From Escherichia coli (GTDB lineage Bacteria; Pseudomonadota; Gammaproteobacteria; Enterobacterales; Enterobacteriaceae), in NCBI RefSeq assembly GCF_001677475.2, contig NZ_CP015229.1: a DNA stretch of 64,000 nt; one strand, written 5' to 3'. The notes under the pieces were generated by a model. It saw only the letters and a list, made by a program, of their open reading frames with translations, was not told where the DNA came from and did not search any database. How positions within the stretch are numbered: the stretch's first letter is position 1; each line of letters begins with the position of its first letter. Shown here in pieces: positions 23,542 through 36,253 of the stretch. Both the position numbers and the translations under genes were made by a program.

Positions 23542-26124
23542 TTAGCCAACGACCAGATTGAGGAGTTTACCCGGTACGTAAATCACTTTACGCACGGTAA
23601 CGCCATCAAGATATTTTGCTACCAGATGTTCCTGGCCAGCACGTTCGCGAACCTGTTCTTCCGTTGCATCTACCGGAACGGTGATTTTGGCACGGACTTT
23701 ACCGTTAACCTGCACCACCACCAGCGTGGAATCTTCCACCATCGCTTTCTCGTCTGCAACCGGCCACGGCGCGTTGTCGATATCGCCTTCGCCTTTCAGT
23801 TCCTGCCACAGCGTGAAGCAGATGTGCGGCGTGAACGGGTTAAGCATACGAACAACGGCCAGCAGGGCTTCCTGCATCAGCGCGCGATCCTGCTCACCAT
23901 CGGTCGGTGCTTTTGCCAGTTTGTTCATCAGCTCCATAATCGCCGCAATTGCAGTGTTAAAGGTCTGACGACGACCGATATCATCGGTCACTTTAGCGAT
24001 AGTTTTATGAACATCACGACGCAGAGCTTTCTGATCTTCAGTCAGTGCGTCAACGTTCAGCGCCGCAACATCACCTTTCGCAGTGTGCTCGTAAACCAGT
24101 TTCCAGACACGTTTCAGGAAGCGGTTAGCCCCTTCAACGCCGGACTCCTGCCATTCGAGAGTCATATCCGCCGGAGAAGCGAACATCATAAACAGACGAA
24201 CGGTGTCCGCGCCGTAACGTTCAACCATCACCTGCGGGTCGATACCGTTGTTCTTCGACTTAGACATTTTGCTCATGCCGGTATACACCAGTTCATGGCC
24301 TGCCGCGTCTTTCGCTTTCACGATACGGCCTTTCTCGTCGCGCTCAACGATAGCATCAACCGGGGAAACCCAGTTACGTTCGCCGTTTTCGCCTACATAG
24401 TAGAAGGCATCTGCCAGCACCATCCCCTGACACAGCAGCTGTTTCGCTGGCTCGTCAGAGTTCACCATGCCTGCATCACGCATCAGTTTGTGGAAGAAGC
24501 GGAAGTAGAGCAGGTGCATGATGGCGTGTTCGATACCACCAATGTAGATATCCACTGGCAGCCAGTAGTTAGCTGCTTTGGAATCCAGCATACCCTCTTT
24601 GTACTCCGGGCAAGTGTAGCGCGCATAGTACCAGGAGGACTCCATAAAGGTGTCGAAAGTATCGGTTTCACGCAGTGCCGGCATACCATTAACGGTGGTT
24701 TTCGCCCACTCAGGATCTGCTTTGATCGGGCTGGTAATACCATCCATTACCACATCTTCCGGCAGGATCACCGGCAACTGGTCGTCCGGAGTAGGCATCA
24801 CAGTGCCGTCCTCCAGCGTCACCATCGGAATCGGTGCGCCCCAGTAACGCTGACGGGAAACACCCCAGTCGCGCAGGCGATAGTTTACTTTACGCTCGCC
24901 AACGCCCATTGCCGTCAATTTGTCGGCAATGGCGTTAAAGGCCGCTTCATGGTCAAGACCGTTGAACTCGCCAGAGTTGAACAGCACGCCTTTTTCAGTC
25001 AGGGCTTGCTGAGAAAGATCTGGCTCAGAGCCGTCAGCTGCCAGGATAACCGGTTTGATATTCAGGCCGTATTTAGAGGCAAACTCGTAGTCGCGCTGGT
25101 CGTGACCCGGAACCGCCATAACTGCGCCCGTGCCGTATTCCATCAATACGAAGTTTGCTGCCCAAACGGGAATTTCTTCGCCCGTTAATGGGTGAACCGC
25201 TTTAAAGCCAGTATCGACGCCTTTTTTCTCCATCGTCGCCATTTCAGCTTCGGCAACTTTGGTGTTACGGCATTCGTCAATAAAGGCCGCCAGTTCAGGA
25301 TTATTTTCCGCCGCTTTCTGCGCCAGCGGATGACCCGCAGCTACCGCCAGGTAGGTACAACCCATAAAGGTGTCCGGGCGGGTAGTGTAAACGGTCAGCG
25401 TGTTGTCATAGTCGTTAACGTTGAAGGTGATCTCCACGCCTTCGGAACGACCGATCCAGTTACGCTGCATGGTTTTAACGGTGTCTGGCCAGTGATCCAG
25501 TTTATCCAGATCGTTGAGCAGCTCGTCAGCGTAAGCGGTGATTTTGATAAACCACTGCGGGATCTCTTTACGCTCAACTTTGGTATCGCAGCGCCAGCAG
25601 CAGCCGTCGATAACTTGTTCGTTCGCCAGTACGGTCTGGTCGTTCGGGCACCAGTTGACCGCAGAAGTCTTCTTATATACCAGGCCTTTTTTATACAGCT
25701 CGGTGAAGAATTTCTGTTCCCAACGGTAGTATTCCGGCGTACAGGTTGCCAGCTCGCGGCTCCAGTCATAACCAAAGCCCAGCATTTTGAGCTGGTTTTT
25801 CATATACGCGATGTTGTCGTACGTCCACGGTGCCGGAGCGGTGTTGTTTTTCACCGCCGCGCCTTCCGCAGGCAGACCAAACGCGTCCCAGCCGATCGGC
25901 TGCAGAACGTTTTTGCCCAGCATGCGCTGGTAACGGGCGATCACGTCACCGATGGTGTAGTTACGTACGTGGCCCATGTGTAGTCGACCAGAAGGATAGG
26001 GAAGCATAGACAGGCAGTAATACTTCTCTTTGCTCTCGTCTTCGGTTACTTCAAATGTGCGCTTCTCATCCCAATGAAGCTGTACTTTGGATTCTATCTC
26101 TTCCGGGCGGTATTGCTCTTGCAT
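23542..26124 (-). CDS. leuS: leucine--tRNA ligase
   Basis: ORF 23542..26148; start at internal Met gives 860 aa [24 protein letters not shown]... with HMGH and KMSKS motifs. Confidence 0.95.
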   Translation of the reverse strand: MQEQYRPEEIESKVQLHWDEKRTFEVTEDESKEKYYCLSMLPYPSGRLHMGHVRNYTIGDVIARYQRMLGKNVLQPIGWDAFGLPAEGAAVKNNTAPAPWTYDNIAYMKNQLKMLGFGYDWSRELATCTPEYYRWEQKFFTELYKKGLVYKKTSAVNWCPNDQTVLANEQVIDGCCWRCDTKVERKEIPQWFIKITAYADELLNDLDKLDHWPDTVKTMQRNWIGRSEGVEITFNVNDYDNTLTVYTTRPDTFMGCTYLAVAAGHPLAQKAAENNPELAAFIDECRNTKVAEAEMATMEKKGVDTGFKAVHPLTGEEIPVWAANFVLMEYGTGAVMAVPGHDQRDYEFASKYGLNIKPVILAADGSEPDLSQQALTEKGVLFNSGEFNGLDHEAAFNAIADKLTAMGVGERKVNYRLRDWGVSRQRYWGAPIPMVTLEDGTVMPTPDDQLPVILPEDVVMDGITSPIKADPEWAKTTVNGMPALRETDTFDTFMESSWYYARYTCPEYKEGMLDSKAANYWLPVDIYIGGIEHAIMHLLYFRFFHKLMRDAGMVNSDEPAKQLLCQGMVLADAFYYVGENGERNWVSPVDAIVERDEKGRIVKAKDAAGHELVYTGMSKMSKSKNNGIDPQVMVERYGADTVRLFMMFASPADMTLEWQESGVEGANRFLKRVWKLVYEHTAKGDVAALNVDALTEDQKALRRDVHKTIAKVTDDIGRRQTFNTAIAAIMELMNKLAKAPTDGEQDRALMQEALLAVVRMLNPFTPHICFTLWQELKGEGDIDNAPWPVADEKAMVEDSTLVVVQVNGKVRAKITVPVDATEEQVRERAGQEHLVAKYLDGVTVRKVIYVPGKLLNLVVG

Positions 26125-26359
26125 GGCAGCCAGTGGTCCTGTTTTCATTACGGCTACAAAAGTAGCGTTAGAGGTGGTTTTTCAGATCCGCATAGCATAG
26201 CCCAAACGTCCGCGTCAAAACAGCCTTTCGCGCACTCGACGTTGAAATGATGCCCGGATTATTCATACATTAATTTACAGAGTTTGTGGGCGTATTAGCA
26301 AAGCAAGGAACAAAGAACGTCTATTATTATAGTCAGTTAACGACCCGGGAGATGAAACG

Positions 26360-26842
26360 ATGAACAAGGTTGCTCAATATTACCGTGAACTGGTCGCGTC
26401 ACTGAGCGAACGCCTGCGTAATGGCGAACGTGATATCGACGCACTGGTGGAACAGGCGCGCGAGCGCGTAATAAAAACAGGGGAGTTAACGCGAACCGAG
26501 GTCGATGAGCTGACGCGAGCTGTCAGACGTGACCTGGAAGAGTTCGCCATGAGCTATGAAGAGAGCCTGAAAGAAGAATCTGACAGCGTCTTTATGCGGG
26601 TGATTAAAGAAAGCTTATGGCAGGAGCTGGCAGACATCACCGATAAAACGCAGCTTGAATGGCGCGAAGTTTTCCAGGACCTCAATCATCACGGGGTTTA
26701 TCACAGCGGAGAAGTGGTAGGGCTGGGAAATCTGGTCTGCGAGAAATGTCACTTCCATCTCCCAATCTACACACCGGAAGTGCTGACGCTATGCCCGAAA
26801 TGTGGTCATGATCAGTTCCAGAGACGCCCGTTCGAGCCGTAA
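26360..26842 (+). CDS. ybeL: DUF1451 zinc-ribbon protein YbeL
   Basis: 160-aa ORF MNKVAQYYRELVASLSERLRNGERD...; C-terminal CEKC...CPKC pairs. Confidence 0.85.
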   Translation: MNKVAQYYRELVASLSERLRNGERDIDALVEQARERVIKTGELTRTEVDELTRAVRRDLEEFAMSYEESLKEESDSVFMRVIKESLWQELADITDKTQLEWREVFQDLNHHGVYHSGEVVGLGNLVCEKCHFHLPIYTPEVLTLCPKCGHDQFQRRPFEP

Positions 26843-26875
26843 TAGTCTGATTTCGCACAGCAATAAAGAGAATAT

Positions 26876-26908
26876 GGGCCGAATGAAATTCCCCGGCCCT
26901 TGTTTTTA
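26876..26908 (+). terminator. Rho-independent terminator after ybeL
   Basis: gggccgaatgaaattccccggccc hairpin followed by ttgttttta. Confidence 0.6.
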
Positions 26909-26911
26909 TCT

Positions 26912-27895
26912 CTACAGTAAATCTTCAATCTCACGAATTTCTTGACTGACATCTCTGGTTCCGGATGACTGAACTTTACGATACAGGTCGAGAGCCTGTC
27001 GGAGATCGACAGGTCTTCCTTCTCCGTAGTGATACATAATGGCCAGGTTATACCAGGCAGTGGCGTCATTGCATTCAGCGGCTTTCGTAAACCATTCAAA
27101 GGCGGCCTGATAATCTTTCTCAACGCCTTGTCCGTGTTTATACATATAACCGATGTTGACGTAAGCGCCGACGCTCCCCTGAGCGGCAGCCTTCAGATAC
27201 CAGTACATCGCTTGCTTATAGTCCTGGTCCACCCCTTCGCCAGCGTTATAATCCCATGCAATTTGAAACTGAGCATGCCGATTACCCTGCTGTGCGCTTT
27301 TCAAATACCAGAATGCGGCGAGTGTCTCGTTTTGAGCGACGCCTTTTCCGTCTTCATAAAGATCGGCCAGATTGTTTTGCGCGTCACTATGGCCTTGTAA
27401 TGCAGCTTGTTTGTACCAGAAAAATGCCAGCGTATAGTCTTGTGCGACTCCGTTGCCATTTCTGTACATCCACCCAAGATTATTTTGCGCATAAGACATT
27501 CCGCTCTCCGCGGCTATCTGATACCAGGCAACCGCTTCTTTATAGTTGGGGTCTTCTCCACGATCCAGTATCCAGCCAAGGGCGTTGGAAGCGAAAGTAT
27601 GGCCTTGTAGGGCAGCTTTTTTCAGCCAAAAGATGGCTTGCTCATTATCTTTATGACGGCTTTTATCCTCGGAGTATTTCCGCCCTAAGGAATATTGTGC
27701 TTCACAATGGCTTTGCTCAGCGGCCAGCTTCAGCCAGTAAAAGGCCTTTTCGTCGTCCGGAGAGTCAATTGCGCTATCGCGATTATAATAAAACCCAATA
27801 ATATATTGAGCCTCGCAATCGCCTTTTTCAGCACGTTCGATAATCTCATCTATTGATAAATTATCGCAGCAACTTGACGTAAAAATCATTATCAT
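26912..27895 (-). CDS. ybeQ: Sel1-repeat (TPR-like) protein YbeQ
   Basis: 327-aa ORF with repeated A-x-A-Q-x-x-L-G-x-x-Y-x-x-G-x-G-V units; paralogue of ybeT; start could be 6 nt further in. Confidence 0.85.
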   Translation of the reverse strand: MIMIFTSSCCDNLSIDEIIERAEKGDCEAQYIIGFYYNRDSAIDSPDDEKAFYWLKLAAEQSHCEAQYSLGRKYSEDKSRHKDNEQAIFWLKKAALQGHTFASNALGWILDRGEDPNYKEAVAWYQIAAESGMSYAQNNLGWMYRNGNGVAQDYTLAFFWYKQAALQGHSDAQNNLADLYEDGKGVAQNETLAAFWYLKSAQQGNRHAQFQIAWDYNAGEGVDQDYKQAMYWYLKAAAQGSVGAYVNIGYMYKHGQGVEKDYQAAFEWFTKAAECNDATAWYNLAIMYHYGEGRPVDLRQALDLYRKVQSSGTRDVSQEIREIEDLL

Positions 27896-28052
27896 TTCCT
27901 TATGGTTGTAGATAAAACATATTATATTTTTATGTGTTCCATTTTTGCGTAAACCTTATTTTATGCGTATTATGTTGCGTCAGAAAAGTATAAATAAATG
28001 AGCCTCGCAACGTGGTTAATATTCATTGAATGAATATTTAAGGATAAATTAT

Positions 28053-28759
28053 ATGGACATGGAGTCGCAAAAAATATTGTTTGCACTTTCCACTCCGATG
28101 GAAATACGCAATAAATGCTGTTTACCTTCGCATTCATCCCCCAAAATGTATTTAGGTACATGCTTTTTGACCTTTCTTCCTCATGGGGAATTGATGGCCG
28201 TGATGACCTGCTGCGCACAATTCACCGAATGATCGATAACGGTCATGCCGCGCGGTTGGCAGGGCTTTATCACCGCTGGTTTCGTTATTCTCCGTGTGAA
28301 TGGCGTGACTATCTTGCTGAACTAAATGAGCAAGGTCAGGCTTATGCGCAATTTGTCGCCAGCACCGCCGAATGCTGTGGCGAAGGGGGAATCAAAGCCT
28401 GGGATTATGTCCGGATGGGTTTTTTAAGCCGAATGGGCGTACTTAATAACTGGTTGAGCGAAGAAGAAAGTCTATGGATCCAGTCGCGCATTCATCTACG
28501 GGCGCTACGTTATTATAGTAACTGGCAGCAATACTTTGCCGGTTATACCTTTGGTCGGCAATATTGGCAGTCTCCCGAAGATGATAATCTTCAGTTATTA
28601 CGTGAATTCTTAGCGCGTAAAGAATACGACGATTCCGGCAATGATATGTTTTATCAATTATTTGCCAGTGATGATGCGTATTACCCTACCTTGTCCTGGC
28701 AACCATTGGCTTACTATTCTGCATGCCCGGAAACGCTTAAGGATATGAGCGACCTATGA
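28053..28759 (+). pseudogene. ybeR: DUF1266 protein YbeR, disrupted by a -1 frameshift in a T5 tract (28164..28168)
   Basis: Track ORFs 28026..28232 (frame 3) and 28115..28759 (frame 2) together align colinearly with intact paralogue YbeU; a T6 tract would restore one ~235-aa frame. Could be a sequencing error. Confidence 0.7.
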
Positions 28760-30183
28760 AAAATTGCTGGCAGATCCTCGATATATCTCAAACGACTGAC
28801 GTCGATATTATCCGCCGCGCTTATCTGGCGCTGTTACCGTCCTTTCATCCAGAAACCGATCCGCAGGGTTTTAAACAACTTCGTCAGGCGTATGAGGATG
28901 CGCTACGGATTGCGCAGTCGCCTGCTAAATCTGTTTGGCAACCAGAAGAATATGAGGTAGCAGAACATGAAATTCTGCTCGCCTTTCGCGCGTTACTTGC
29001 CTCTGATAGCGAACGTTTTCTGCCCTCCGCCTGGCAGCGATTCATTCAGCAATTAAATTATTGCTCGATGGAAGAGATTGATGAATTACGCTGGTCGCTG
29101 TGCACAATCGCCATGAACACTGCCCATTTATCCTTCGAGTGCGTGGTGTTATTAGCAGAAAGATTGCGGTGGTTGCAGGAGGAAAACGTCGGGGAAATAG
29201 ACGAAGAAGAACTGGAATCCTTTTTATATGCCATTGCGAAGGGGAATGTTTTTAACTTCCAGACCATTCTGCATCTGCACGTTGCCGTGCAAAATGACAC
29301 TATCGATTTTTACCAAATGTTCGCTCGGATTTGGTTATCGCATCCAGAATGGCTGACATTGTATTTAGCGCAACATCGCGCAGTGATTATCCCCGATGAT
29401 GCAAAACTGCACAGAAATTTACTCCGCTGGTATAGCGCAGGTCGCCTGGGAATCCCCGAACTCCTGGATTACGCCCGGTCGTGGCGGGAAGCTGAACCTG
29501 ATAATGAAGATGCGCGTTATTATGAATACGCACAACGCGTCTATTGTGGAGAAGGCGAAAGCTTGCTGGCAGAACTTTGTGACTACTGGCGCGAGTATCC
29601 CTCCACCCAGGCGGATGCTTTAATGTTGCAATGGTGCCGTCAGCATCGGGTCGATTATTACCCGTTAGTGGTGATGATGATTGAAGCTCGTGAACTGGTT
29701 AACGATCAGGGAAAACCGCTACTTTATATCCCCGGCGACAGCGCCCGTACGCGTTTTCATTTATACGAAATACTCAGCGATGAAAAACTCTCTGCTCTGG
29801 GGCGTTCACTGGTCGAGATGGTTTTGCACAAAGGACGTAAGCCGCGAATCTCACTCACGCGTGATACAGAACATCCCTTATGGCCATTATATTTAGTTGC
29901 TAAACAATTAGTTCAGGCCAGCCAACCGACAGAAGAATCATTAATGCCGATTGTGAGCCGCCTTGATGCAGAAGCTCGTTGTCCACTGGAAGCATTAATG
30001 ATTCGTCGATTATTAATTCAGGCGGCAAATTTTACCGAGAAGCAAACCGTCGAACCGGAGCCGCAACCGCAGCCAATGCCCGTTGACGATGGTGGGCCGG
30101 GCTGTCTGGGCGTCATCAAAATTATTTTCTACATTTTTATCTTTGCCGGTTTGATAGGGAAAATACTCCATCTGTTCGGGTGA
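28756..30183 (+). CDS. djlB: J-domain co-chaperone DjlB (YbeS) with C-terminal transmembrane anchor
   Basis: 475-aa ORF; N-terminal J-like domain with HPE in place of HPD (28846..28854); hydrophobic C-tail [20 protein letters not shown]; ATGA overlap with ybeR. Confidence 0.85.
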   Translation: MKNCWQILDISQTTDVDIIRRAYLALLPSFHPETDPQGFKQLRQAYEDALRIAQSPAKSVWQPEEYEVAEHEILLAFRALLASDSERFLPSAWQRFIQQLNYCSMEEIDELRWSLCTIAMNTAHLSFECVVLLAERLRWLQEENVGEIDEEELESFLYAIAKGNVFNFQTILHLHVAVQNDTIDFYQMFARIWLSHPEWLTLYLAQHRAVIIPDDAKLHRNLLRWYSAGRLGIPELLDYARSWREAEPDNEDARYYEYAQRVYCGEGESLLAELCDYWREYPSTQADALMLQWCRQHRVDYYPLVVMMIEARELVNDQGKPLLYIPGDSARTRFHLYEILSDEKLSALGRSLVEMVLHKGRKPRISLTRDTEHPLWPLYLVAKQLVQASQPTEESLMPIVSRLDAEARCPLEALMIRRLLIQAANFTEKQTVEPEPQPQPMPVDDGGPGCLGVIKIIFYIFIFAGLIGKILHLFG

Positions 30184-30192
30184 CAGTCGACG

Positions 30193-30747
30193 TTAATGTG
30201 CGGGAAGCCCGGCAAGTAATCTTTCCGCATTTTTGTAATGTTGTTTGGCGGCCAGTTTTAACCATTTTTGAGATTCATAATGGTTAACATTAATACCTGA
30301 GCCATTTCTGTAGATCAAACCCAAAGTATATTGAGCATGAGCATACCCTTGTTCAGCTGCTTCCTTATACCAGAGAATTGCTTTACGGGTATCGGGTTTG
30401 ACCCCCAGACCTTTGAGGTAGATCCACCCCAGTTTACTTTGCGCGCGTGGATTTTCCTGTTCCGCTGATTGCTCATACCAGTATCTCGCCTGTGTATAAT
30501 CCAGTGGTTTACCGTCGCTACCATGAAGATAAAATTCTCCAAGTCGATATTGCGACGTTGAGTGACCATGAATCGCGGAAAGCTCTGTGGCTGCCGTGGT
30601 GAATGGAAGACTGCCCGGTGAGCTTAAATAATCAAAGGCATAATTCGCCATGGCTTTATCACGCAACGTCGTTTTCTTGGGTTGGCTAATACAGGTTATT
30701 GCTGCAACTATAAATATTGCGAATATATACATTAATTTTTTATTCAT
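30193..30747 (-). CDS. ybeT: Sel1-repeat protein YbeT with N-terminal signal/anchor
   Basis: 184-aa [28 protein letters not shown]... followed by Sel1-like repeats. Confidence 0.85.
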   Translation of the reverse strand: MNKKLMYIFAIFIVAAITCISQPKKTTLRDKAMANYAFDYLSSPGSLPFTTAATELSAIHGHSTSQYRLGEFYLHGSDGKPLDYTQARYWYEQSAEQENPRAQSKLGWIYLKGLGVKPDTRKAILWYKEAAEQGYAHAQYTLGLIYRNGSGINVNHYESQKWLKLAAKQHYKNAERLLAGLPAH

Positions 30748-30848
30748 GTGTGAATACTTCGATTTTCTTTTTATTTTGAAAGCGTCAAGTTTATACTCAT
30801 CAATAATAAAAAAGTAGTCAGTTAATGCACTTAAGGGATTATTAACAA

Positions 30849-31556
30849 ATGAACAAGGAAGAACAATATCTTCTTTTTGCGCTTTCTGCGCCCATGGAAA
30901 TACTTAATCAGGGTTGCAAACCCGCGCATGACTCGCCAAAAATGTATACCGGGATAAAAGAATTCGATCTCTCATCATCCTGGGGAATAAATAATCGTGA
31001 TGATTTAATTCACACTATTTATCAGATGACCGATGATGGTCATGCTAATGATTTAGCTGGCTTATATCTGACATGGCATCGCTCTTCCCCTGAAGAGTGG
31101 AAAGCATTAATTGCTGGCGGCTCGGAGAGAGGGTTGATTTATACCCAATTCGTTGCCCAAACCGCTATGTGTTGTGGGGAAGGGGGAATCAAAGCCTGGG
31201 ATTATGTGCGGATGGGTTTTTTATCACGGGTTGGTGTGCTCAACAAGTGGCTGACGGAAGACGAGAGTTTATGGCTGCAATCGCGCGTCTATATACGAGC
31301 ACACCATTACTATCACAGCTGGATGCACTATTTTTCCGCCTATTCGTTAGGGCGTCTCTACTGGCAATCTTCTCAGTGCGAAGACAACGCTTCGCTACGC
31401 GAGGCGCTAACCCTGTACAAATACGATAGCGCCGGGAGTCGGATGTTCGAAGAGCTGGCAGCGGGAAGCGATCGTTTCTATGCCACGCTTCCCTGGCAGC
31501 CATTAACTGTCCAGCCTGAATGCCCGGTAACGCTTAAGGATGTGAGCGGCCTATGA
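30849..31556 (+). CDS. ybeU: DUF1266 protein YbeU
   Basis: 235-aa [36 protein letters not shown]...; paralogue of ybeR. Confidence 0.85.
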   Translation: MNKEEQYLLFALSAPMEILNQGCKPAHDSPKMYTGIKEFDLSSSWGINNRDDLIHTIYQMTDDGHANDLAGLYLTWHRSSPEEWKALIAGGSERGLIYTQFVAQTAMCCGEGGIKAWDYVRMGFLSRVGVLNKWLTEDESLWLQSRVYIRAHHYYHSWMHYFSAYSLGRLYWQSSQCEDNASLREALTLYKYDSAGSRMFEELAAGSDRFYATLPWQPLTVQPECPVTLKDVSGL

Positions 31557-33004
31557 AAACATGTTGGCAAATCCTCGAAATTGAAAGCACGACGCAAATA
31601 GACATTATCCGCCAGGCTTATCTTGCTCGCTTACCGTTGTGTCATCCCGAAACCGATCCGCAGGGGTTTAAAGCATTACGCCAGGCCTATGAAGAGGCGC
31701 TGCGACTGGCGGTAAATCCTGTCGAGGAAGCAGATAATGAAGAAAAAGATGCCACCGCTGAACATGAAATACTACGAGCATTCAGGACATTACTGGATTC
31801 AGAAAGTGATCGTTTTCAGCCCTCCGCCTGGCAGAAATTTATTCAGCAATTAAATACCTGGAACATGGAGGATGTCGATCAATTACGCTGGCCGCTGTGT
31901 GCAATCGCTATAGAAGCGCGATATCTTTCATTAAATTGTGCTTCTTTGCTGGCAGAGCGTTTGAACTGGCATTCGTTTAATGACAGCGAAGGAATGGATG
32001 AGGAAGAAAGGGAGGCTTTTCTTGAGGCCATTCAGGCTGGTGATTGTTTCGATTTCCTTAGCCTTCTGGAATATCCCGTCGCGTTGCAGAACCAGACTGT
32101 TGAGTATTACTTCGCGCTGGAACGCTGCTGCCGTTACCATCCCGACTATGTCACTGCGTTTATGGCAATGGAAGGTCCGTGGTTCATTCCTGATGATGTC
32201 AAGTTACATCGCAAACTGTTGCGCTGGTACAGCTCGGTGAAAACAGGTATGGCGGAACTCATTCCTGTTGCCCAACAGTGGCAAGCAGAAGAACCAGAAA
32301 GCGAAGATGCCCGTTATTACCAGTGTGCGCAACGGTTGTACTGTGGCGAGGGGGAAAGCCTGCTTGCCGATCTCTGCGCATACCGGGAGAGTTACCCATC
32401 TACACAAGCCGATAATTTGTTGTTGCAGTGGAGCAAGCGTCATTGCCCGGATTATTTCGCGCTGTTAGTGATGGTTATCGAAGCGCAGAGCATGGTTGAT
32501 GCGCAAGGTCAACCGTTGAAATATGTTCCTGGTGAGAGCGCCCGGACGCGGCTGTTATGGGCGGAAATTTTACATAGCGGAAAATTATCGCCGTTAGGTC
32601 AATCGTTTATTGAGTCGTTATTCTTCAAGCGCAAAGCATGGGCGTGGTGGAAATCGAGAGTCGGTAGCGAGACAGAACAAGATTCACCGTTACTGGATTT
32701 GTATCGGGTAGCGGAACAGGTTGTGCTGGAAGCGTTCCCGAAACAAGAGATGCTGGCCCGTCTTAATACAAGGCTGGAAGGTGGAGATGCTCATCCATTA
32801 GAGGCCATTATCACCCGGATGCTGTTGACGAAAGTGAAACTCGAGCCGGAGGATGAAGATGTCGATGAGACAACACCTGAAAACCACGAAGAAATAAATG
32901 ATGAGGATGAAAAACCACAGAGCATTACCAGCATTATCAAAATCAGCTTAACGGTGCTGGTGATAGGTTATGCTCTCGGAAAAATCGCGATGTTGTTTAG
33001 CTGA
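31553..33004 (+). CDS. djlC: J-domain co-chaperone DjlC (YbeV) with C-terminal transmembrane anchor
   Basis: 483-aa ORF paralogous to DjlB; HPE at 31643..31651; acidic region then hydrophobic tail [18 protein letters not shown]; ATGA overlap with ybeU. Confidence 0.85.
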   Translation: MKTCWQILEIESTTQIDIIRQAYLARLPLCHPETDPQGFKALRQAYEEALRLAVNPVEEADNEEKDATAEHEILRAFRTLLDSESDRFQPSAWQKFIQQLNTWNMEDVDQLRWPLCAIAIEARYLSLNCASLLAERLNWHSFNDSEGMDEEEREAFLEAIQAGDCFDFLSLLEYPVALQNQTVEYYFALERCCRYHPDYVTAFMAMEGPWFIPDDVKLHRKLLRWYSSVKTGMAELIPVAQQWQAEEPESEDARYYQCAQRLYCGEGESLLADLCAYRESYPSTQADNLLLQWSKRHCPDYFALLVMVIEAQSMVDAQGQPLKYVPGESARTRLLWAEILHSGKLSPLGQSFIESLFFKRKAWAWWKSRVGSETEQDSPLLDLYRVAEQVVLEAFPKQEMLARLNTRLEGGDAHPLEAIITRMLLTKVKLEPEDEDVDETTPENHEEINDEDEKPQSITSIIKISLTVLVIGYALGKIAMLFS

Positions 33005-33019
33005 GGAAGTGTTTTTTGC

Positions 33020-33043
33020 GCCGATGCCGGATGCAGCGTTTAT
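33020..33043. repeat. left half of a REP-like palindromic unit split by the IS insertion
   Basis: gccgatgccggatgcagcgtttat; its inverted partner gccgcatccggcagccg lies at 34480..34496 on the far side of the IS. Confidence 0.6.
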
Positions 33044-33566
33044 TGAACTGCACCCCAAATGTTGGACATAATCTGACATCTGAAGGTGCAGTTTATGAAA
33101 CATTCATTTGAAGTAAAACTTGCCGCTGTAAATCATTACCTGGCTGGTCATGCAGGCATCATTTCTACGGCAAAACTCTTTCAACTTTCTCACACCAGCC
33201 TCTCACACTGGATTAATCTTTTTCTTCTTCACGGTCCTCGGGCACTGGATTGCAGACACAAGCGTAGCTATTCTCCTGAAGATAAACTTTGCGTGGTTCT
33301 TTATGCTCTCGGGCATTCTGAGTCTCTACCCCGGGTAGCTGCCCGGTTTAACATTCCCAGCCACAACACGGTTAAAAACTGGATAAAAGGCTACCGCAAA
33401 TCTGGTAATGAGGCCTTTATCAGGCGCAGGAAGGAGAAAAGCATGACCCGTTCTGATGATACCCATGAAAACGAGGCAAACATGACGCCGGAAGAGATGA
33501 AGAATGAGCTGCGTTATCTTCGCGCAGAAAATGCATATCTGAAAGCCATGCAGGAGCATCTCCTGG

Positions 33567-34477
<911 letters not shown>

Positions 34478-34499
34478 ATGCCGCATCCGGCAGCCGTGT

Positions 34500-36170
34500 T
34501 TAAGGGATCTCAATAGCCAAATAATCGCTCGCCCGTCGCCGAACTTCATCGACGCGGGCCATATCGTTTGACTGCAACGCCGCATCAAAATCGGTGATCA
34601 CCCGGCCGATCTCTTCTCGCTCGTCACCCAGCGCCCGCGCCCACAACTCTTCCAGTTTTGCTTTAAAGGTACGGTTGATGAGCATATCGCGCGGATAAAT
34701 TTTCAATGCGGATAACCGCGTCCGACTCTCTTCAATCTGCTGTGCGCTCAATGTTACAGGACTGTGATTAATGACTCTGGACTTAACGCTGCCGTCTTCC
34801 AGAAGCACGTCAACTTCAAGCAACCCGTTGATATCATAACTAAAGCGAATATCAATCGACTGATAAGCCCCGGTTTTCTTCAACGGCACATCGAAGGATT
34901 CCACCAGAATGTTATTTTTAACTTTGTGGTTTTCTCCCTGATAGACGTTAACCGTAATTGAATCCTGTTCCGGGTGCATGGTCGAGTAAGTTTCTACACG
35001 CGACACCGGTACAGTGGTGTTTCGTTCAATAATCGGCGAGAAAATGCCGGAAACGCCCTGGCGGTTAACTTCAACACCCAACGAGTAAGGGCAAATATCA
35101 GTGAGGATCACCTCTTCAATATCTTCACTGCGTAAGCGGCAGGCGGCCTGGATTGCTGCGCCCAGCGCGACAATGGTGCTCGGGTCGTAACTTTGATATG
35201 GTAATTTGCCAAACAGACGTACGGCGATTCGCTGCACCAGCGGCATTTGTGATGCGCCGCCAACCAGCACCAGACTGTCGATTTGACTTGGCTTCAGACG
35301 TGCATCGCGCAACGCCTGTTCAATCGGTACTCGCAAGCGATTGAGCAGCGGCAACCACAAATCTTCCAGTTCGTTTTCGTAAAATTCGCACTTACGCGTT
35401 TCTTCCTGATACTGCCAGCTAATTTGCAGCGGTAATTGATTGCCGCATTTTGCCGCTTCCACGCTGGTGTACAGGGCTGCCAGCTCACTTTCGTTGAGCA
35501 TGTTTTTAGCCACTGCGGCGCGTTTTAAAACTTCATCCACCAGCATATGAGTAAAATCTTCGCCGCCAAGAAAGTTGTCGCCAGCGGAGGCGTGAACTTC
35601 AATCACCGGCGTGGCGTATTCGAGCACCGTGACGTCAAACGTGCCGCCACCGAGATCAAAAACCAGCGAGCGGGTATTTTGTTGCGTATGCAGGCCATAT
35701 GCCATCGCAGCTGCTGTGGGTTCATTAATTAAGCGTACCGCATTTAACCCGGCTAACTCCGCTGCTAAACGGGTATGCTTGCGTTGTTCATCGCTGAAAT
35801 AAGCCGGAACGGAGATCACCACATCTTTAATCGGACGTTGCAGAAATTCTTCGGCATCTTCTTTTAATGAGCGTAATACCAAAGAGGACAGTTCTGGCGC
35901 GTTAAATGTATCGCTGCCTAACCGCCAGTTGGTATTACTGCCCATTGCACGTTTAAATAACGCTGCCGTTTTATCCGGATGCGAAGTGCGCCGTGATACA
36001 GCCGGTTTTCCGACTAAAATATGATTATTTTCATCCATGCTAATTATGGATGGTGTTAAATATTCACCGAACTTATTTGGAATTAATTGCGCGGCACCGT
36101 CTTTCCAGACGGCAATTAAACTATTGGTAGTACCGAGATCGATACCAATGGCGAGTTCTGCATTATCCAT
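34500..36170 (-). CDS. hscC: specialised Hsp70-family chaperone HscC
   Basis: 556-aa ORF MDNAELAIGIDLGTTNSLIAVWKDG... with Hsp70 ATPase signatures (DLGGGTFD). Confidence 0.9.
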   Translation of the reverse strand: MDNAELAIGIDLGTTNSLIAVWKDGAAQLIPNKFGEYLTPSIISMDENNHILVGKPAVSRRTSHPDKTAALFKRAMGSNTNWRLGSDTFNAPELSSLVLRSLKEDAEEFLQRPIKDVVISVPAYFSDEQRKHTRLAAELAGLNAVRLINEPTAAAMAYGLHTQQNTRSLVFDLGGGTFDVTVLEYATPVIEVHASAGDNFLGGEDFTHMLVDEVLKRAAVAKNMLNESELAALYTSVEAAKCGNQLPLQISWQYQEETRKCEFYENELEDLWLPLLNRLRVPIEQALRDARLKPSQIDSLVLVGGASQMPLVQRIAVRLFGKLPYQSYDPSTIVALGAAIQAACRLRSEDIEEVILTDICPYSLGVEVNRQGVSGIFSPIIERNTTVPVSRVETYSTMHPEQDSITVNVYQGENHKVKNNILVESFDVPLKKTGAYQSIDIRFSYDINGLLEVDVLLEDGSVKSRVINHSPVTLSAQQIEESRTRLSALKIYPRDMLINRTFKAKLEELWARALGDEREEIGRVITDFDAALQSNDMARVDEVRRRASDYLAIEIP

Positions 36171-36253
36171 TGCATTTATATCTTGAAAGAAAAAGAGATA
36201 AACAGATTAAGACCACCCGGGTAACGCGTGGTGATCTTAATCAATGACGTGTG

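Noticed and set aside
23509-25188. 559-codon plus-strand ORF
   Set aside because: Lies entirely antisense to leuS, whose product is recognisable along its full length; it has no recognisable domains or RBS. Typical spurious antisense frame in a GC-rich, highly expressed gene.
28026-28232. Two separate small genes at the ybeR position (68 and 214 codons)
   Set aside because: Together they align colinearly with the intact paralogue YbeU; they are one gene broken by a frameshift in a T5 tract.
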